64,000 nucleotides of DNA from Bacillota bacterium (GTDB lineage Bacteria > Bacillota > UBA5301 > Bu52), in the NCBI GenBank assembly GCA_014896355.1, contig JADBKO010000002.1:37631-101630 (forward strand), given 5' to 3'. Within the stretch, counting starts at the first letter, position 1; each line of letters begins with the position of its first letter. The translations under genes and the position numbers were made by a program. The notes below the pieces were generated by a model, which worked only from the letters and a program-made list of their open reading frames with translations, was not told where the DNA came from and did not search any database. This document shows, piece by piece, positions 1 through 9,490 of the stretch.

Positions 1-253
1 CTTGCCGTTGGCCCGCCCCTGGGCCCGGCTTTGGGAGGCACGGCCCGCCCGCTGATGTCCGCCCGGGCCGCCGAATCCACGGGGCGTTGGCCCGCCAGCG
101 TCGGCCGGCAGCCCGGGCGCCGCAGTTGTCCTTGCCGGGCGCCAAAGACCGGCAGGACGCGGCGAATTTCGTGCAAGCGGCAGGACTCCCGGAGAGCGTG
201 GCGAACATTGGGCACGGGCAGCGCAGACGGAAAACGAGGATGGAGGCGCGTTC

Positions 254-1069
254 TTGAGCATTCTTGACGGCATGATCCTGGGCTGTGTCCAGGGGCTGAC
301 CGAGTTCCTGCCCGTGAGCAGCTCGGGCCACCTGGTTCTGATGCAACACTTGTTGGGGCTGAAGGGGTCCCAGCTGGCCTTTGACGTACTGGTGCACCTG
401 GCCACGTTTTTGGCGGTGCTGGTATACTTCTGGGCGGACATTGTCCATATGATCCGCTCTTTTCTGCCCGGTGCCCCGGCCCGCCTGGGCGGGGAGCCCG
501 CGCCATACTGGCGGCGGCTGGTCTACCTCATCATCATAGGCTCCATCCCGGCGGGCCTGGCCGGCGTAGGGCTGAAGCACTGGTTTGAACAGCTTTTCAC
601 CTCGCCGCAGGCAGCGGCGATGGGTCTCATCGCCACGGGGTTCATCCTTTGGGGGGCGGAGGCCCTGGCCCGGCGGCAGGCCTCCTTCAGTCTGGGCAGG
701 CTGGGCTGGGGCAGGGCCTTTCTGGTGGGCGTGGGACAGGCTGTGGCCATCATCCCGGGGGTGTCTCGCTCCGGAAGCACCATTGCCTTTGCTCTGGGAA
801 GCGGGCTCAAGCGGGAAGACGCTGCCCGGTTCTCTTTTCTGTTGGCCTTGCCTGCCATTTTGGGAGCAGGGGTGTTGCAGGCGAAGGATATCGCCCTGGC
901 GGGCCTGGCCGGCCAATGGCCGGCTTTCCTGGCGGGCTTTCTGACGGCGCTGGTGGCAGGGTGGCTGGCCATCGCCACCATGATGCGTTTCATCCGGCGC
1001 CAGCCTTTGACGTGGTTTTCGCCGTATGTGTGGCTGGTAGGCATCTTGGCCCTATACCTGCTAGGCTGA
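254..1069 (+). CDS. uppP: Undecaprenyl-diphosphatase (UppP/BacA)
   Basis: The translation contains the family-typical 'GxxQGLTEFLPVSSSGHL' motif and about 8 TM helices. It starts at TTG 254, 7 nt after a GGAGG. Confidence 0.85.
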   Translation: MSILDGMILGCVQGLTEFLPVSSSGHLVLMQHLLGLKGSQLAFDVLVHLATFLAVLVYFWADIVHMIRSFLPGAPARLGGEPAPYWRRLVYLIIIGSIPAGLAGVGLKHWFEQLFTSPQAAAMGLIATGFILWGAEALARRQASFSLGRLGWGRAFLVGVGQAVAIIPGVSRSGSTIAFALGSGLKREDAARFSFLLALPAILGAGVLQAKDIALAGLAGQWPAFLAGFLTALVAGWLAIATMMRFIRRQPLTWFSPYVWLVGILALYLLG

Positions 1070-1171
1070 TCAGGGATGCCCCGGCCCTGAGCGCAGCTGC
1101 GGGCAGGCGGCTCCGGGCCGGGAACCGAGAATGGCGCCCAGTGGAGTATCCGAAGGGGGCGGGAAAGGCCC

Positions 1172-2152
1172 ATGCCTGCTGAGCGCCGGTGGCGGCAAAT
1201 TGGCGCGGTCCTGTATTTGTCGCTCCTTTTGGCCGGCGGTGTGGCTGCGCTGCGGTGGGCCCACCACGTATGGCAGGAATGGACCCTGACCGCGGTGGCT
1301 CGCGAAGGGGTCTGGCGCGACCAGGTGCAGGCGGAGATCCTGTTGGTGGGCCAACCTCTGCGGCTGCTGGCGCCGCAGACCGGCCAGGTGACCTACCTGG
1401 TGCAGGCGGAGCAGCGCGTGGCCGCTGGGCAGTTGGTGGCGTCCTTGCGCCCGGATGGGTCTGGCAGCGATCCAGTGGCCCTGCGGGCCCCCTCGGCCGG
1501 CATCGTGCGGCCTGCATCAGGGGCCGGCCTCGGGCCGGATGGGCGCTGGGACAAGCTCTGGTGGGACAATGATAATCTGCAGGATGTACAACGGAGATTG
1601 TATCCCGGCCTGCGGACGACCGGCGGCCTGCCGTTCCGGGACGGGCGGGTCCGGGCGGGCGAGATTGTTTTGGAGCTCTGGGATCCGTTCGCGACGGTCC
1701 TCTGGGCGGATGTCTCGGAACCACCCCGTTCACCTGCAGACTGGCCGGCACGCTTCCGCCTCCAGGAGAGTGCGGTGAGCCGGGGCGGAACCGCCGGCAT
1801 GAAAGCCAGCCAGGTCCTGGTCCAGATGCGGCGCTGGCGCTGGGTGGATGCCCATCGCGTCCGGGTGGAGCTGGAGTGGGCCGAGCTGCCCTCCACGACT
1901 TTCCGCCTGCAGGCTTTTCCGGGACGCCTGGTCTTCCGTGAGGCCCGCGGGATCCTGGTTCCCAGCTCCAGCCTGGCCTGGGAGGGCAGGCAACAGGGTC
2001 TCTGGCAGCTCAGCCGTGGACGCGTGCGCTTTGTGCCGGTACGGACGTTGTTGGTGGGCGCGGAGCAGTCTGTAGTCGAAGGCGTGTCGGAAGGGGCGCG
2101 AGTTCTGCTCTACCCCGCTTCCCGCAGGATTTTTCCACCAGATCGCGAATAG
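1172..2152 (+). CDS. Hypothetical membrane-anchored protein with an HlyD/barrel-sandwich-like periplasmic domain
   Basis: It has an N-terminal TM helix (AVLYLSLLLAGGVAAL), then beta-rich segments resembling biotinyl-lipoyl-like adaptor domains. No diagnostic motif was found. Confidence 0.35.
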   Translation: MPAERRWRQIGAVLYLSLLLAGGVAALRWAHHVWQEWTLTAVAREGVWRDQVQAEILLVGQPLRLLAPQTGQVTYLVQAEQRVAAGQLVASLRPDGSGSDPVALRAPSAGIVRPASGAGLGPDGRWDKLWWDNDNLQDVQRRLYPGLRTTGGLPFRDGRVRAGEIVLELWDPFATVLWADVSEPPRSPADWPARFRLQESAVSRGGTAGMKASQVLVQMRRWRWVDAHRVRVELEWAELPSTTFRLQAFPGRLVFREARGILVPSSSLAWEGRQQGLWQLSRGRVRFVPVRTLLVGAEQSVVEGVSEGARVLLYPASRRIFPPDRE

Positions 2153-2204
2153 AGAACGGGCTTGGCACATCTTGTCAGATTGTGCTGCAAAGGGGGTCCC
2201 CGGG

Positions 2205-2732
2205 ATGGCGAAGCTGGTAGACCGTGTTCTGGGCCTGATGGGGTACCGCGAAGAGGAGGAAGAGGTGGTGGAGGAAGAGCTGGTGCCGGACCAGCAAGCG
2301 GCCGCCCTGGAGCAGGATCCGGAAGAAGACCGTCCTGCCGGCCGCAGAGAGACCGGAAAGAGGCCCAGGCTGGTGAACTTCCCCGGCCAGAGCGGACAAT
2401 TCCGGGTCATCGTGATGGAAGTCCACGAGTTCGATGACGTACAGGAAATCGCCAACCATCTGAAAAACCGCCGGTCGGTGATCATCAACCTTTCCCAGTG
2501 CGAGACCGATCTGGTCAAGAGGATTGTGGATTTTCTCAGCGGAACCACGTATGCCCTGGAGGGCCGGGCACAGAAACTGGCGGACAATCTGTATCTGTTC
2601 GCACCGGCGAATGTCGTCATCGACGTCGAGGGCGAAGGGTATACCAGCAGTGGATTGGAATTTCTGGAGCCGTCGCCGGAGCCGGAAGAGCCCGAATGGC
2701 CTTCGGCCAGAGAGAAGCGCCGGAACCTGTGA
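2205..2732 (+). CDS. sepF: Cell division protein SepF
   Basis: The C-terminal DUF552/SepF core (FRVIVMEVHEFDDVQEIANHLKNRRSVIINL...) is present. It sits directly upstream of yggT/ylmH/divIVA, as in Bacillus. Confidence 0.8.
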   Translation: MAKLVDRVLGLMGYREEEEEVVEEELVPDQQAAALEQDPEEDRPAGRRETGKRPRLVNFPGQSGQFRVIVMEVHEFDDVQEIANHLKNRRSVIINLSQCETDLVKRIVDFLSGTTYALEGRAQKLADNLYLFAPANVVIDVEGEGYTSSGLEFLEPSPEPEEPEWPSAREKRRNL

Positions 2733-2867
2733 TATAATAAGGCAATCAATAAGGCAATCGCAGGCTCGGGCCGCCGCCATGGCTCGGCACGTGCGCGGTT
2801 TTGGCGCCGGGGAACCGGTTGGGATGGGTTCGCACGGGTTTTCCCGCCCAGGCCGAAGGAGGCTGGG

Positions 2868-3149
2868 ATGTATAATTTTATCCAAATTGTCAATTTCTTC
2901 TTCGACATATGGAAAGGGTTGTTCGTGGCCCGCATTCTGCTGAGCTGGCTTCCCATTGACCGTTCGCACCCGGTGATTGATTGGATCTGCAAACTCACGG
3001 AACCCCTGCTGGTGCCTCTGCGGCGGATCCTTCCGTCCGTAGGGGCTGGCGGGGTCTATTTCGATTTGTCGCCGCTGGCCGCCTGGATCGCGCTGGATTT
3101 GGTGCAGCTGGTGGTTATGAACGTTATTCTTTATGGAGTGTTGCCGTAA
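2868..3149 (+). CDS. yggT: YggT family membrane protein (YlmG)
   Basis: This is a 93-aa protein with two TM helices and a conserved YggT-like sequence (ARILLSWLP...). It follows a GGAGG RBS and sits in the conserved sepF-ylmG-ylmH position. Confidence 0.8.
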   Translation: MYNFIQIVNFFFDIWKGLFVARILLSWLPIDRSHPVIDWICKLTEPLLVPLRRILPSVGAGGVYFDLSPLAAWIALDLVQLVVMNVILYGVLP

Positions 3150-3152
3150 ACC

Positions 3153-3944
3153 ATGGAACAGGTTGCGAGCCCAGGGGCGAAGCCCCTGCAACCGGATCAG
3201 GCGGAGTTGGCCCGCAGGCTCACGGAACTGCGGGAGAGGGCTGTGTCACAGGAAGCGCCGGTTTTGACGGACTTTTTGGATCCGGCGCAGCTGGACCTGG
3301 CCCAGTGGGTCGCCGGACAGGATGAACGTGCCGACCGGGTGGCGGCGGGGGGATATCCTCAGGCTGAGCGGCGCCGCGTGGCTTTTGTCCCGCGGTTTTA
3401 TCTGACGGAGCTGGTGGATCTGCAGTTGGCGGCCGTGGAGGCCCGCGGCGATTTCCGTTTTCAAGCGCCGACCCACCGGGATTGCCTGGGCTCTCTGCTG
3501 GGCAGTACCGGATTACGCCGGGAGAAGATCGGCGATCTGGTCTTGGCCGAATGGGGCTGCCAGGCGGTGGTGGAGCGCGAGGTCCTTCCCATTGTGCTGG
3601 CGCAGTGGAGGGAGATCCGGCGTGTCCCCGTGGCGGTGAAAGAGATCGACCTGGAGCAGCTGGCTGTGCCGCCCCAACGGGTCAAGGAGATCCGGGCCAC
3701 TGTGGCTTCCCTGCGTCTGGATGCCGTGGCTGCGGCCGGGTTCGGCGAGTCCCGCACGGCCATGGTGCGGGAGATCAAAGCAGGCCACCTGAAGTTGAAC
3801 TGGCGTATAGTTACCGATCCTGCGGAGACCGTACAAGTGGGAGACGTTCTCTCCCTGCGGGGTCGGGGCCGGGTGGAGATCGCCGAGGCCACCGGGTCCA
3901 CCCGGAAAGGCCGGCAGGGCCTGCTCCTGAAACGGCTTTTTTAG
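3153..3944 (+). CDS. ylmH: YlmH-like S4-domain RNA-binding protein
   Basis: It occupies the position between yggT and divIVA. The C-terminus has S4-like features (GHLKLNWRIVTDPAETVQVGDVLSLRGRGRVEI). Confidence 0.7.
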   Translation: MEQVASPGAKPLQPDQAELARRLTELRERAVSQEAPVLTDFLDPAQLDLAQWVAGQDERADRVAAGGYPQAERRRVAFVPRFYLTELVDLQLAAVEARGDFRFQAPTHRDCLGSLLGSTGLRREKIGDLVLAEWGCQAVVEREVLPIVLAQWREIRRVPVAVKEIDLEQLAVPPQRVKEIRATVASLRLDAVAAAGFGESRTAMVREIKAGHLKLNWRIVTDPAETVQVGDVLSLRGRGRVEIAEATGSTRKGRQGLLLKRLF

Positions 3945-3956
3945 GGGTGAACCGCG

Positions 3957-4874
3957 ATGATCACGCCGATGGACATCGAGCGGGCGCATTTCTCCAAGAG
4001 CTTTCGGGGTTTCCGGGCGCAAGAGGTGGAGGCGTTTTTGCGGCAGATCCAAGAAAGCTTTGAGGCCCTTTACCGGGAGAACTCCATTCTGAAAGACAAG
4101 GTGGCCCAGCTGGAAGAGCGGTTGGCGGAGTACCGCGACATGGAGGAAACCATCCGCCAGGCCGCGGCCACGGCCCGCAGCAACGCCGAGGCCATTCAGG
4201 CCCAGGCTGAGAAGAAGGCGGATCTCATCATCGCCGAGGCCTACCAGCGCCGCCGGGCCATCCTGGCGGCAGCGGAGCGGGAACGGTCCTGGCAGGAGGA
4301 GAACCTGGCGCGGCTTCATGGGCAGGAGCAGGCCATGCTGACGCGGTTGCGGTCGTTGTTCCGCCTCTACCAGGAGATCCTCAGCGATTACGAGGAACAG
4401 CGCGGGTTGTCGTCGCCGGAGTTGCCTCGGCCGGCCCAGGAAGAAACGCCCGGGGAGGATGTGGCCGGGCCGGAAGAGCAGGCTCAGGAAGCGGGTTTTC
4501 CCGAGGGGGAAGGCCCCGGCGGCGATGCCGGGTCTGTGGATGTGGATACAGAGGAACCGGATGGCGGCGGCCTCGCCGGGGAGGATCAGGAAGAGGACGG
4601 CCGGGGGTGGCTTCACGATTCTCCCGCGCAGGGCAGGGAGACCGGGAACACAGGCGAAGCCGGAGAACAGGATCAGGGTGAAACGCTTTCGCCGTCGGGC
4701 CAGGAGGACGGCCGTGGCGAGCAGCCCCGGGATTTGAGCGCAGCGCCTTGGCCCGGGGAGGCGGCGCAGCGCCGGGTGGAGGCCGTGCAGACGGCGCCGG
4801 AGCTGGAGATCACCCGGGAATATGTCCTGCCGCCGGCTGGCGCCCGTGGCAGGGGTCTGGCCGGCGGGATATAA
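3957..4874 (+). CDS. divIVA: DivIVA domain protein with a long acidic/Gly-rich C-terminal tail
   Basis: The N-terminus 'MITPMDIERAHFSKSFRGFRAQEVEAFL' is the canonical DivIVA start and is followed by a coiled coil. About 160 aa of low-complexity acidic tail follow. Confidence 0.85.
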   Translation: MITPMDIERAHFSKSFRGFRAQEVEAFLRQIQESFEALYRENSILKDKVAQLEERLAEYRDMEETIRQAAATARSNAEAIQAQAEKKADLIIAEAYQRRRAILAAAERERSWQEENLARLHGQEQAMLTRLRSLFRLYQEILSDYEEQRGLSSPELPRPAQEETPGEDVAGPEEQAQEAGFPEGEGPGGDAGSVDVDTEEPDGGGLAGEDQEEDGRGWLHDSPAQGRETGNTGEAGEQDQGETLSPSGQEDGRGEQPRDLSAAPWPGEAAQRRVEAVQTAPELEITREYVLPPAGARGRGLAGGI

Positions 4875-4907
4875 TGGTGGAAACGTAGGGATGGAGGCTA
4901 CGCGAGG

Positions 4908-7691
4908 ATGCAGGAGAAAGCTGCGGACTGGAGTTCGACCTTGAATCTTCCCCGTACGGATTTCCCCATGAAAGGAAATTTGGCGCAACGGGAGCCGGAG
5001 ATTCAAAGGTTTTGGTATGATCATCACATTTATGAGAAAGTCCTGGCTCAGGCTCAGAAAATGGGCCTGCCTTCGTTTATTCTGCACGACGGCCCTCCCT
5101 ATGCCAATGGGCACATTCATATGGGCCACGCCCTCAACAAGTCTCTGAAGGACATCGTAGTGCGTTACAAAGCCCTCAGGGGGTACTTCACGCCTTATGT
5201 ACACGGCTGGGACACCCACGGCCTGCCCATCGAGGTCCAGATGATCAAGGAACTGGGGTTGAACCGCAAGGAGAGCGACCCGGTGGACTTCCGGCGCCAC
5301 TGCCGCGAATATGCCTTGCGTTACGCGGGTGTCCAGCGCCAGGAGATTCAGCGCCTGGGCGTGTGGGGCCTGTGGGATGAGTCGTATTATACCTTGAAAC
5401 CGGAATACGAGGCGGCGCAGATCGGCATTTTCGGCGCCATGGCGGCCAAGGGCTACATCTACAAGGACCTGAAGGCCGTTTATTGGTGCCCCACCTGCGA
5501 GACGGCCCTGGCAGAGGCGGAGATCGAATACCACGACCATCGCTCTCCCTCCATCTGGGTGGCCTTCCCGGTAGACGACGGCAAGGGGCTTCTCCCCACA
5601 GACAAGCCTGTGGACATCGTGATCTGGACCACCACTCCCTGGACTTTGCCGGCCAATTTGGCCATCGCCGTGCATCCCGCGGCATCCTACGCCGTAGTGG
5701 ACCGGGGAGAGCGCTACGCCGTGGTGGCAGCTCCTCTCCTGGAGCAAGTGATTGCGGACCTGGGCTGGCAGAACGCAACGGTGAGCAAGGAAGTGCCCGG
5801 GCGGCAGCTGGAGGGTGTGACCTACCGGCATCCCTTCATGGGGCGGGTGTCTCCTGTCATCCTGGGGGAGCATGTGACGATGAATCAGGGCACCGGATGC
5901 GTGCACACGGCTCCGGGCCACGGACTGGAGGACTTTGTGGTTGGAAAGAAATACGGCCTGCCCATTCTGAGCCCGGTGACCGAGGATGGGCACTTCACGG
6001 CGGAAGCCGGGCCTTTTGCCGGCCTGAGCCTGGAGGAGGGCAACAAGGCCATCCAGCAATGGTTGCAGGAGCACGGCGCCCTGCTGCGGGCCAGCCATAT
6101 CGACCACTCCTATCCCCATTGCTGGCGTTGCAAAAACCCGGTGATCTTCCGCGCCACCCGCCAGTGGTTCGCCAGCGTGGCCGGATTTCGCCAGCAGGCC
6201 CTGGAGGCCATCGACGGCGTTCAGTGGATTCCCGGATGGGGGCGCGAACGCATCCACAACATGGTGGCGGAGCGCAGTGAGTGGTGCATCAGCCGCCAGC
6301 GGCTCTGGGGCCTGCCGATCCCAGCCTTCTATTGCCGGGACTGCGGGGAAATCCTCATGAACCCCCAAACCATCGAGGCGGTCCAGCGGTTGTTTGCCCG
6401 GGAGGGATCCGACGCCTGGTACACGCACGAGGCGGAGGAAATCCTGCCGCCGCAGACCGCCTGTCCGAAGTGCGGCAGCCGGCGGTTCCGCAAAGAGACG
6501 GATATCATGGACGTCTGGTTCGACTCCGGCTCCAGCCACGCTGCGGTGTTGCGCCACTGGCCCCAGCTCTCCTGGCCTGCGGATCTTTATTTGGAAGGCA
6601 GCGACCAGCACCGGGGCTGGTTCCAATCTTCGCTTCTGACCTCGGTGGCGGTTTATGGCCAGGCGCCGTACCGGGCCGTGCTGACCCATGGGTATGTGGT
6701 GGACGGCGAGGGCCGGGCCATGTCCAAATCTCTGGGCAATGTCATCGCTCCAGACCAGGTCATCCGCCAGGTGGGCGCAGACGTGGTACGGCTTTGGGTC
6801 ACGTCCGTGGACTATTCCGACGACGTCCGGCTCTCCGATGCCATCCTCAAACAGGTGGCGGAGGTCTACCGGCGGCTGCGCAACACGTTCCGCTTCGTTC
6901 TGGGCAACCTGTATGACTTCGATCCGCGAACAGACCGGGTGCCCTACGAGGATCTGGAGGAGATCGACCGCTGGGCTTTGGACCGCCTGTTCCGCCTGGT
7001 GCAGCAGACGCAGGAAGCGCTGGATCGCTATGAGTTCCATGTGTTTTATCACGCAGTGCACAACTTCTGTGCCGTGGACCTCAGTGCGTTTTACCTGGAT
7101 GTGCTGAAGGACCGGCTGTACGTGACCAAGGCCGACGGCAGGCTGCGGCGTTCCGCCCAGACCGCGCTGTACGAAATCGCCCACACCTTGGTGCGCGTGA
7201 TCGAACCTGTGCTGCCACACACCGCCGAGGAGATCTGGCAGCACCTGCCCGGCGCCAAAGAGGAAGCCGAAAGTGTCCAGCTGACGTTCTGGCCCAGGCT
7301 GCCGGTGGCGTACAAGGACGACGACCTGGCCAACCGCTGGGAGACCTACCTTTCCGTGCGCCGGGCGGTGACCAAGGCCCTGGAGCAGGCGCGAGGCGCC
7401 GGGCAGATCGGCAACTCCTTGGAGGCCCGGGTGGTTCTGGAGCTCGATGAGCCTTTGATAAAGGCTCTGGCCGGAAAGGAACAAATGCTGGCGCAGATCT
7501 TCATCGTCTCCCAGGTGGAGTTGGTCCAAGGCCAAGGCGGCCAATCCGGCGCGGAGACGGGGCCGCAGGTGCGGGTGGAACGGGCCTTGGGCAGCAAATG
7601 TCCGCGCTGCTGGCAATACGCGCCTGAAGTCGGCCAGGGTGAAGGCCCTCTGGCCGGCCTTTGCGCACGCTGCCGGGCGGTGGTGGGATGA
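4908..7691 (+). CDS. ileS: Isoleucine--tRNA ligase
   Basis: The HIGH-type motif 'HMGHALNKSLKD' and the 'KMSKS' motif are both present, as is the C-terminal zinc-finger pair of cysteines. The product is 927 aa. Confidence 0.95.
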   Translation: MQEKAADWSSTLNLPRTDFPMKGNLAQREPEIQRFWYDHHIYEKVLAQAQKMGLPSFILHDGPPYANGHIHMGHALNKSLKDIVVRYKALRGYFTPYVHGWDTHGLPIEVQMIKELGLNRKESDPVDFRRHCREYALRYAGVQRQEIQRLGVWGLWDESYYTLKPEYEAAQIGIFGAMAAKGYIYKDLKAVYWCPTCETALAEAEIEYHDHRSPSIWVAFPVDDGKGLLPTDKPVDIVIWTTTPWTLPANLAIAVHPAASYAVVDRGERYAVVAAPLLEQVIADLGWQNATVSKEVPGRQLEGVTYRHPFMGRVSPVILGEHVTMNQGTGCVHTAPGHGLEDFVVGKKYGLPILSPVTEDGHFTAEAGPFAGLSLEEGNKAIQQWLQEHGALLRASHIDHSYPHCWRCKNPVIFRATRQWFASVAGFRQQALEAIDGVQWIPGWGRERIHNMVAERSEWCISRQRLWGLPIPAFYCRDCGEILMNPQTIEAVQRLFAREGSDAWYTHEAEEILPPQTACPKCGSRRFRKETDIMDVWFDSGSSHAAVLRHWPQLSWPADLYLEGSDQHRGWFQSSLLTSVAVYGQAPYRAVLTHGYVVDGEGRAMSKSLGNVIAPDQVIRQVGADVVRLWVTSVDYSDDVRLSDAILKQVAEVYRRLRNTFRFVLGNLYDFDPRTDRVPYEDLEEIDRWALDRLFRLVQQTQEALDRYEFHVFYHAVHNFCAVDLSAFYLDVLKDRLYVTKADGRLRRSAQTALYEIAHTLVRVIEPVLPHTAEEIWQHLPGAKEEAESVQLTFWPRLPVAYKDDDLANRWETYLSVRRAVTKALEQARGAGQIGNSLEARVVLELDEPLIKALAGKEQMLAQIFIVSQVELVQGQGGQSGAETGPQVRVERALGSKCPRCWQYAPEVGQGEGPLAGLCARCRAVVG

Positions 7692-8056
7692 AGCAAGAGC
7701 CGCAGGGGGAAGCTAACCAGGACAGGGCTTCTTCCCAGCCGCAGCCGCCGGAGCCTGCCGCCGCAGACCCCGGGGTGCTCCGGGCCCTGCTGGAGCGAGT
7801 CACCGAGTTCATGCAGAGTGTCGAAAAAGGCGAGCTGGCCGAGTACGGCCGCTATCTCTCCAGCCCGGGTCGGGTGGTCCTGGTCAACTTCCTCGGCGGC
7901 GTGGCCCGGGGGGTGGGCATCGCCATCGGCTTCACGCTGGTGGCGGCCATCACCCTCTATCTGCTGACGAAGCTGGCGGCCCTGAACATTCCCGTGATCG
8001 GTGCCTTCATCGCCGACATCACGCGCATCGTCCAGTATCAGTTGCGCGTACATTAG
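7688..8056 (+). CDS. Small two-TM membrane protein, conserved hypothetical
   Basis: The ORF overlaps the ileS stop by 4 nt. It has a hydrophobic core (VNFLGGVARGVGIAIGFTLVAAITLYLL) and coding-like third-position GC. Confidence 0.45.
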   Translation: MKQEPQGEANQDRASSQPQPPEPAAADPGVLRALLERVTEFMQSVEKGELAEYGRYLSSPGRVVLVNFLGGVARGVGIAIGFTLVAAITLYLLTKLAALNIPVIGAFIADITRIVQYQLRVH

Positions 8057-8094
8057 GCGGAGGCGGGCCGGTCCCGCAAGGAGATCACCCCTCC

Positions 8095-8967
8095 ATGGAT
8101 CAGAGCGACTACAGCCGCCACGAAAAAATCCGCAGGCGGCTTCTGGCTCAGCGCGAGCAGCTGGAGGCCGCCAGTGCCAGCCATGACCGCCTGGGAGCGG
8201 CGGAGGGAATGCACGATTCCCTCCAGGAACTGTCTTTGTACGACAACCACCCGGCGGATATCGGCACGGAGATGTTTGAGCGCAGCAAGGATCTTTCCCT
8301 CCGCGACAATTTCGAGGTTCTCAAAAGCCAGGTGGATCACGCTCTGGAGCGGTTGGATCGGGGTTTGTACGGTGTCTGCGAGGTGTGCGGCAGGCCCATT
8401 GAGCCGGAGCGGCTGGAAGCCCTGCCGGCGGCCACCGACTGCTTCCGCTGCCGGGAGAGGCAGGCCCGGGACAATACAGAACGCCACCAGAACCGGCCGG
8501 CGGAGGAGTCGGTGCTGGTGCCGCCCTTCGGCCGCACTTTCCTGGACCATACCGACAGCGTGGTTTCCGACGGCGAGGATGTCTGGCAGAAGGTGGCACG
8601 TTACGGCACCTCCAATTCACCGCAGGACGTGCCGGACAGTGTATCCCCGTCCGACGCCTACGTAAATGCCGATGAGCCCGCGGGCATCGTGGAGGCCACG
8701 GACGGGCTGATCAGCCTGAATCCCCAGCACTATCCCGCGTTGGAGAATTACGGCCAGCATATCGAGGGCCGGGTAGACGCCCTGGAAGGCGCAGATGGAC
8801 CGGCGGGGGAGGATGGGGAAGACGTGCTGGAGCACATTTACCCGGAACCGCAGGAACGCGGAGGCCGGGAACCGCGCCAGCCACGGGGCCGGGGGCGGCG
8901 TTCCGGGCTGCCCCCGCGGGGCGGGGAGGGGGAAGAGCAGCATCGCCGGCGCCCCGGTTCGCACTAG
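8095..8967 (+). CDS. DksA/TraR-family C4 zinc-finger protein (YteA/YlyA-like)
   Basis: It contains the 'LSLYDNHPADIGTEMFERSKD' motif and a CxxC-N17-CxxC finger (CEVCG...CFRC). It sits after ileS, as ylyA does in Bacillus. It carries an extra ~170-aa acidic tail. Confidence 0.75.
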   Translation: MDQSDYSRHEKIRRRLLAQREQLEAASASHDRLGAAEGMHDSLQELSLYDNHPADIGTEMFERSKDLSLRDNFEVLKSQVDHALERLDRGLYGVCEVCGRPIEPERLEALPAATDCFRCRERQARDNTERHQNRPAEESVLVPPFGRTFLDHTDSVVSDGEDVWQKVARYGTSNSPQDVPDSVSPSDAYVNADEPAGIVEATDGLISLNPQHYPALENYGQHIEGRVDALEGADGPAGEDGEDVLEHIYPEPQERGGREPRQPRGRGRRSGLPPRGGEGEEQHRRRPGSH

Positions 8968-9000
8968 CCGAGGGGGCTGGCCCCCTGCTGAAGGCCGGGG

Positions 9001-9490
9001 CGTGGCAGGCTCGGGCCGCTGGGCCGCGCTGGCCCTTCTCTTATTTGCTGCGGACCAGGCGCTCAAGGCCTGGGCGGAACGGGGATTGTCCCAGGTCGGA
9101 GACGTCCCGCTCCTGGGAACCTGGCTGATGCTGGCCTTGCGCTACAACCCGGGTGCCGGTTTCAGCGTTTTTGCCGGCCTGCGGGTGTGGCTGGCAGGGC
9201 TGGGAGTGGCGGCCCTGGCAGCGGCCGCCGTGGCTTGGCGGTACGGCCCCCGCTGGTTCCCCCACGCCAGCCCCCGCGGCTGGCGGCTGGCGCTCGTTCT
9301 GGCCGCCGCCGGCACCGCCGGGAACCTGGTGGACCGCCTATGGCGGGGCGCAGTGGTGGATTACCTGGCCTTGCCTTTTTGGCCGGTGTTCAACCTGGCC
9401 GACGTATTTCTGACTGTGGGCTGTTTCCTGCTGGCTTGGCAGGTGATCAAGGGGGGAGCATCCGGGCATGGGGGAACTGGAAGCAGGTAA
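9001..9490 (+). CDS. lspA: Lipoprotein signal peptidase II
   Basis: LspA-like motifs are present (NPGAGFSV, FNLADVFLTVG). The GTG start at 9001 is chosen after a GAAGG. The ORF-track start at 8795 overlaps the upstream gene. Confidence 0.8.

Noticed and set aside
31-267. A 78-aa ORF upstream of uppP.
   Set aside because: It is Arg-rich with no RBS and overlaps the uppP start. It is judged spurious.
4875-4907. Expected T-box riboswitch in front of ileS.
   Set aside because: Only 33 nt of intergenic space are present. No specifier or T-box sequence is possible.
3513-7616. A 1,367-aa ORF on the minus strand.
   Set aside because: It is entirely antisense to ileS and ylmH/divIVA. The translation is low-complexity and Arg/Pro/Gly-rich, as expected for spurious ORFs in 70 % GC DNA.
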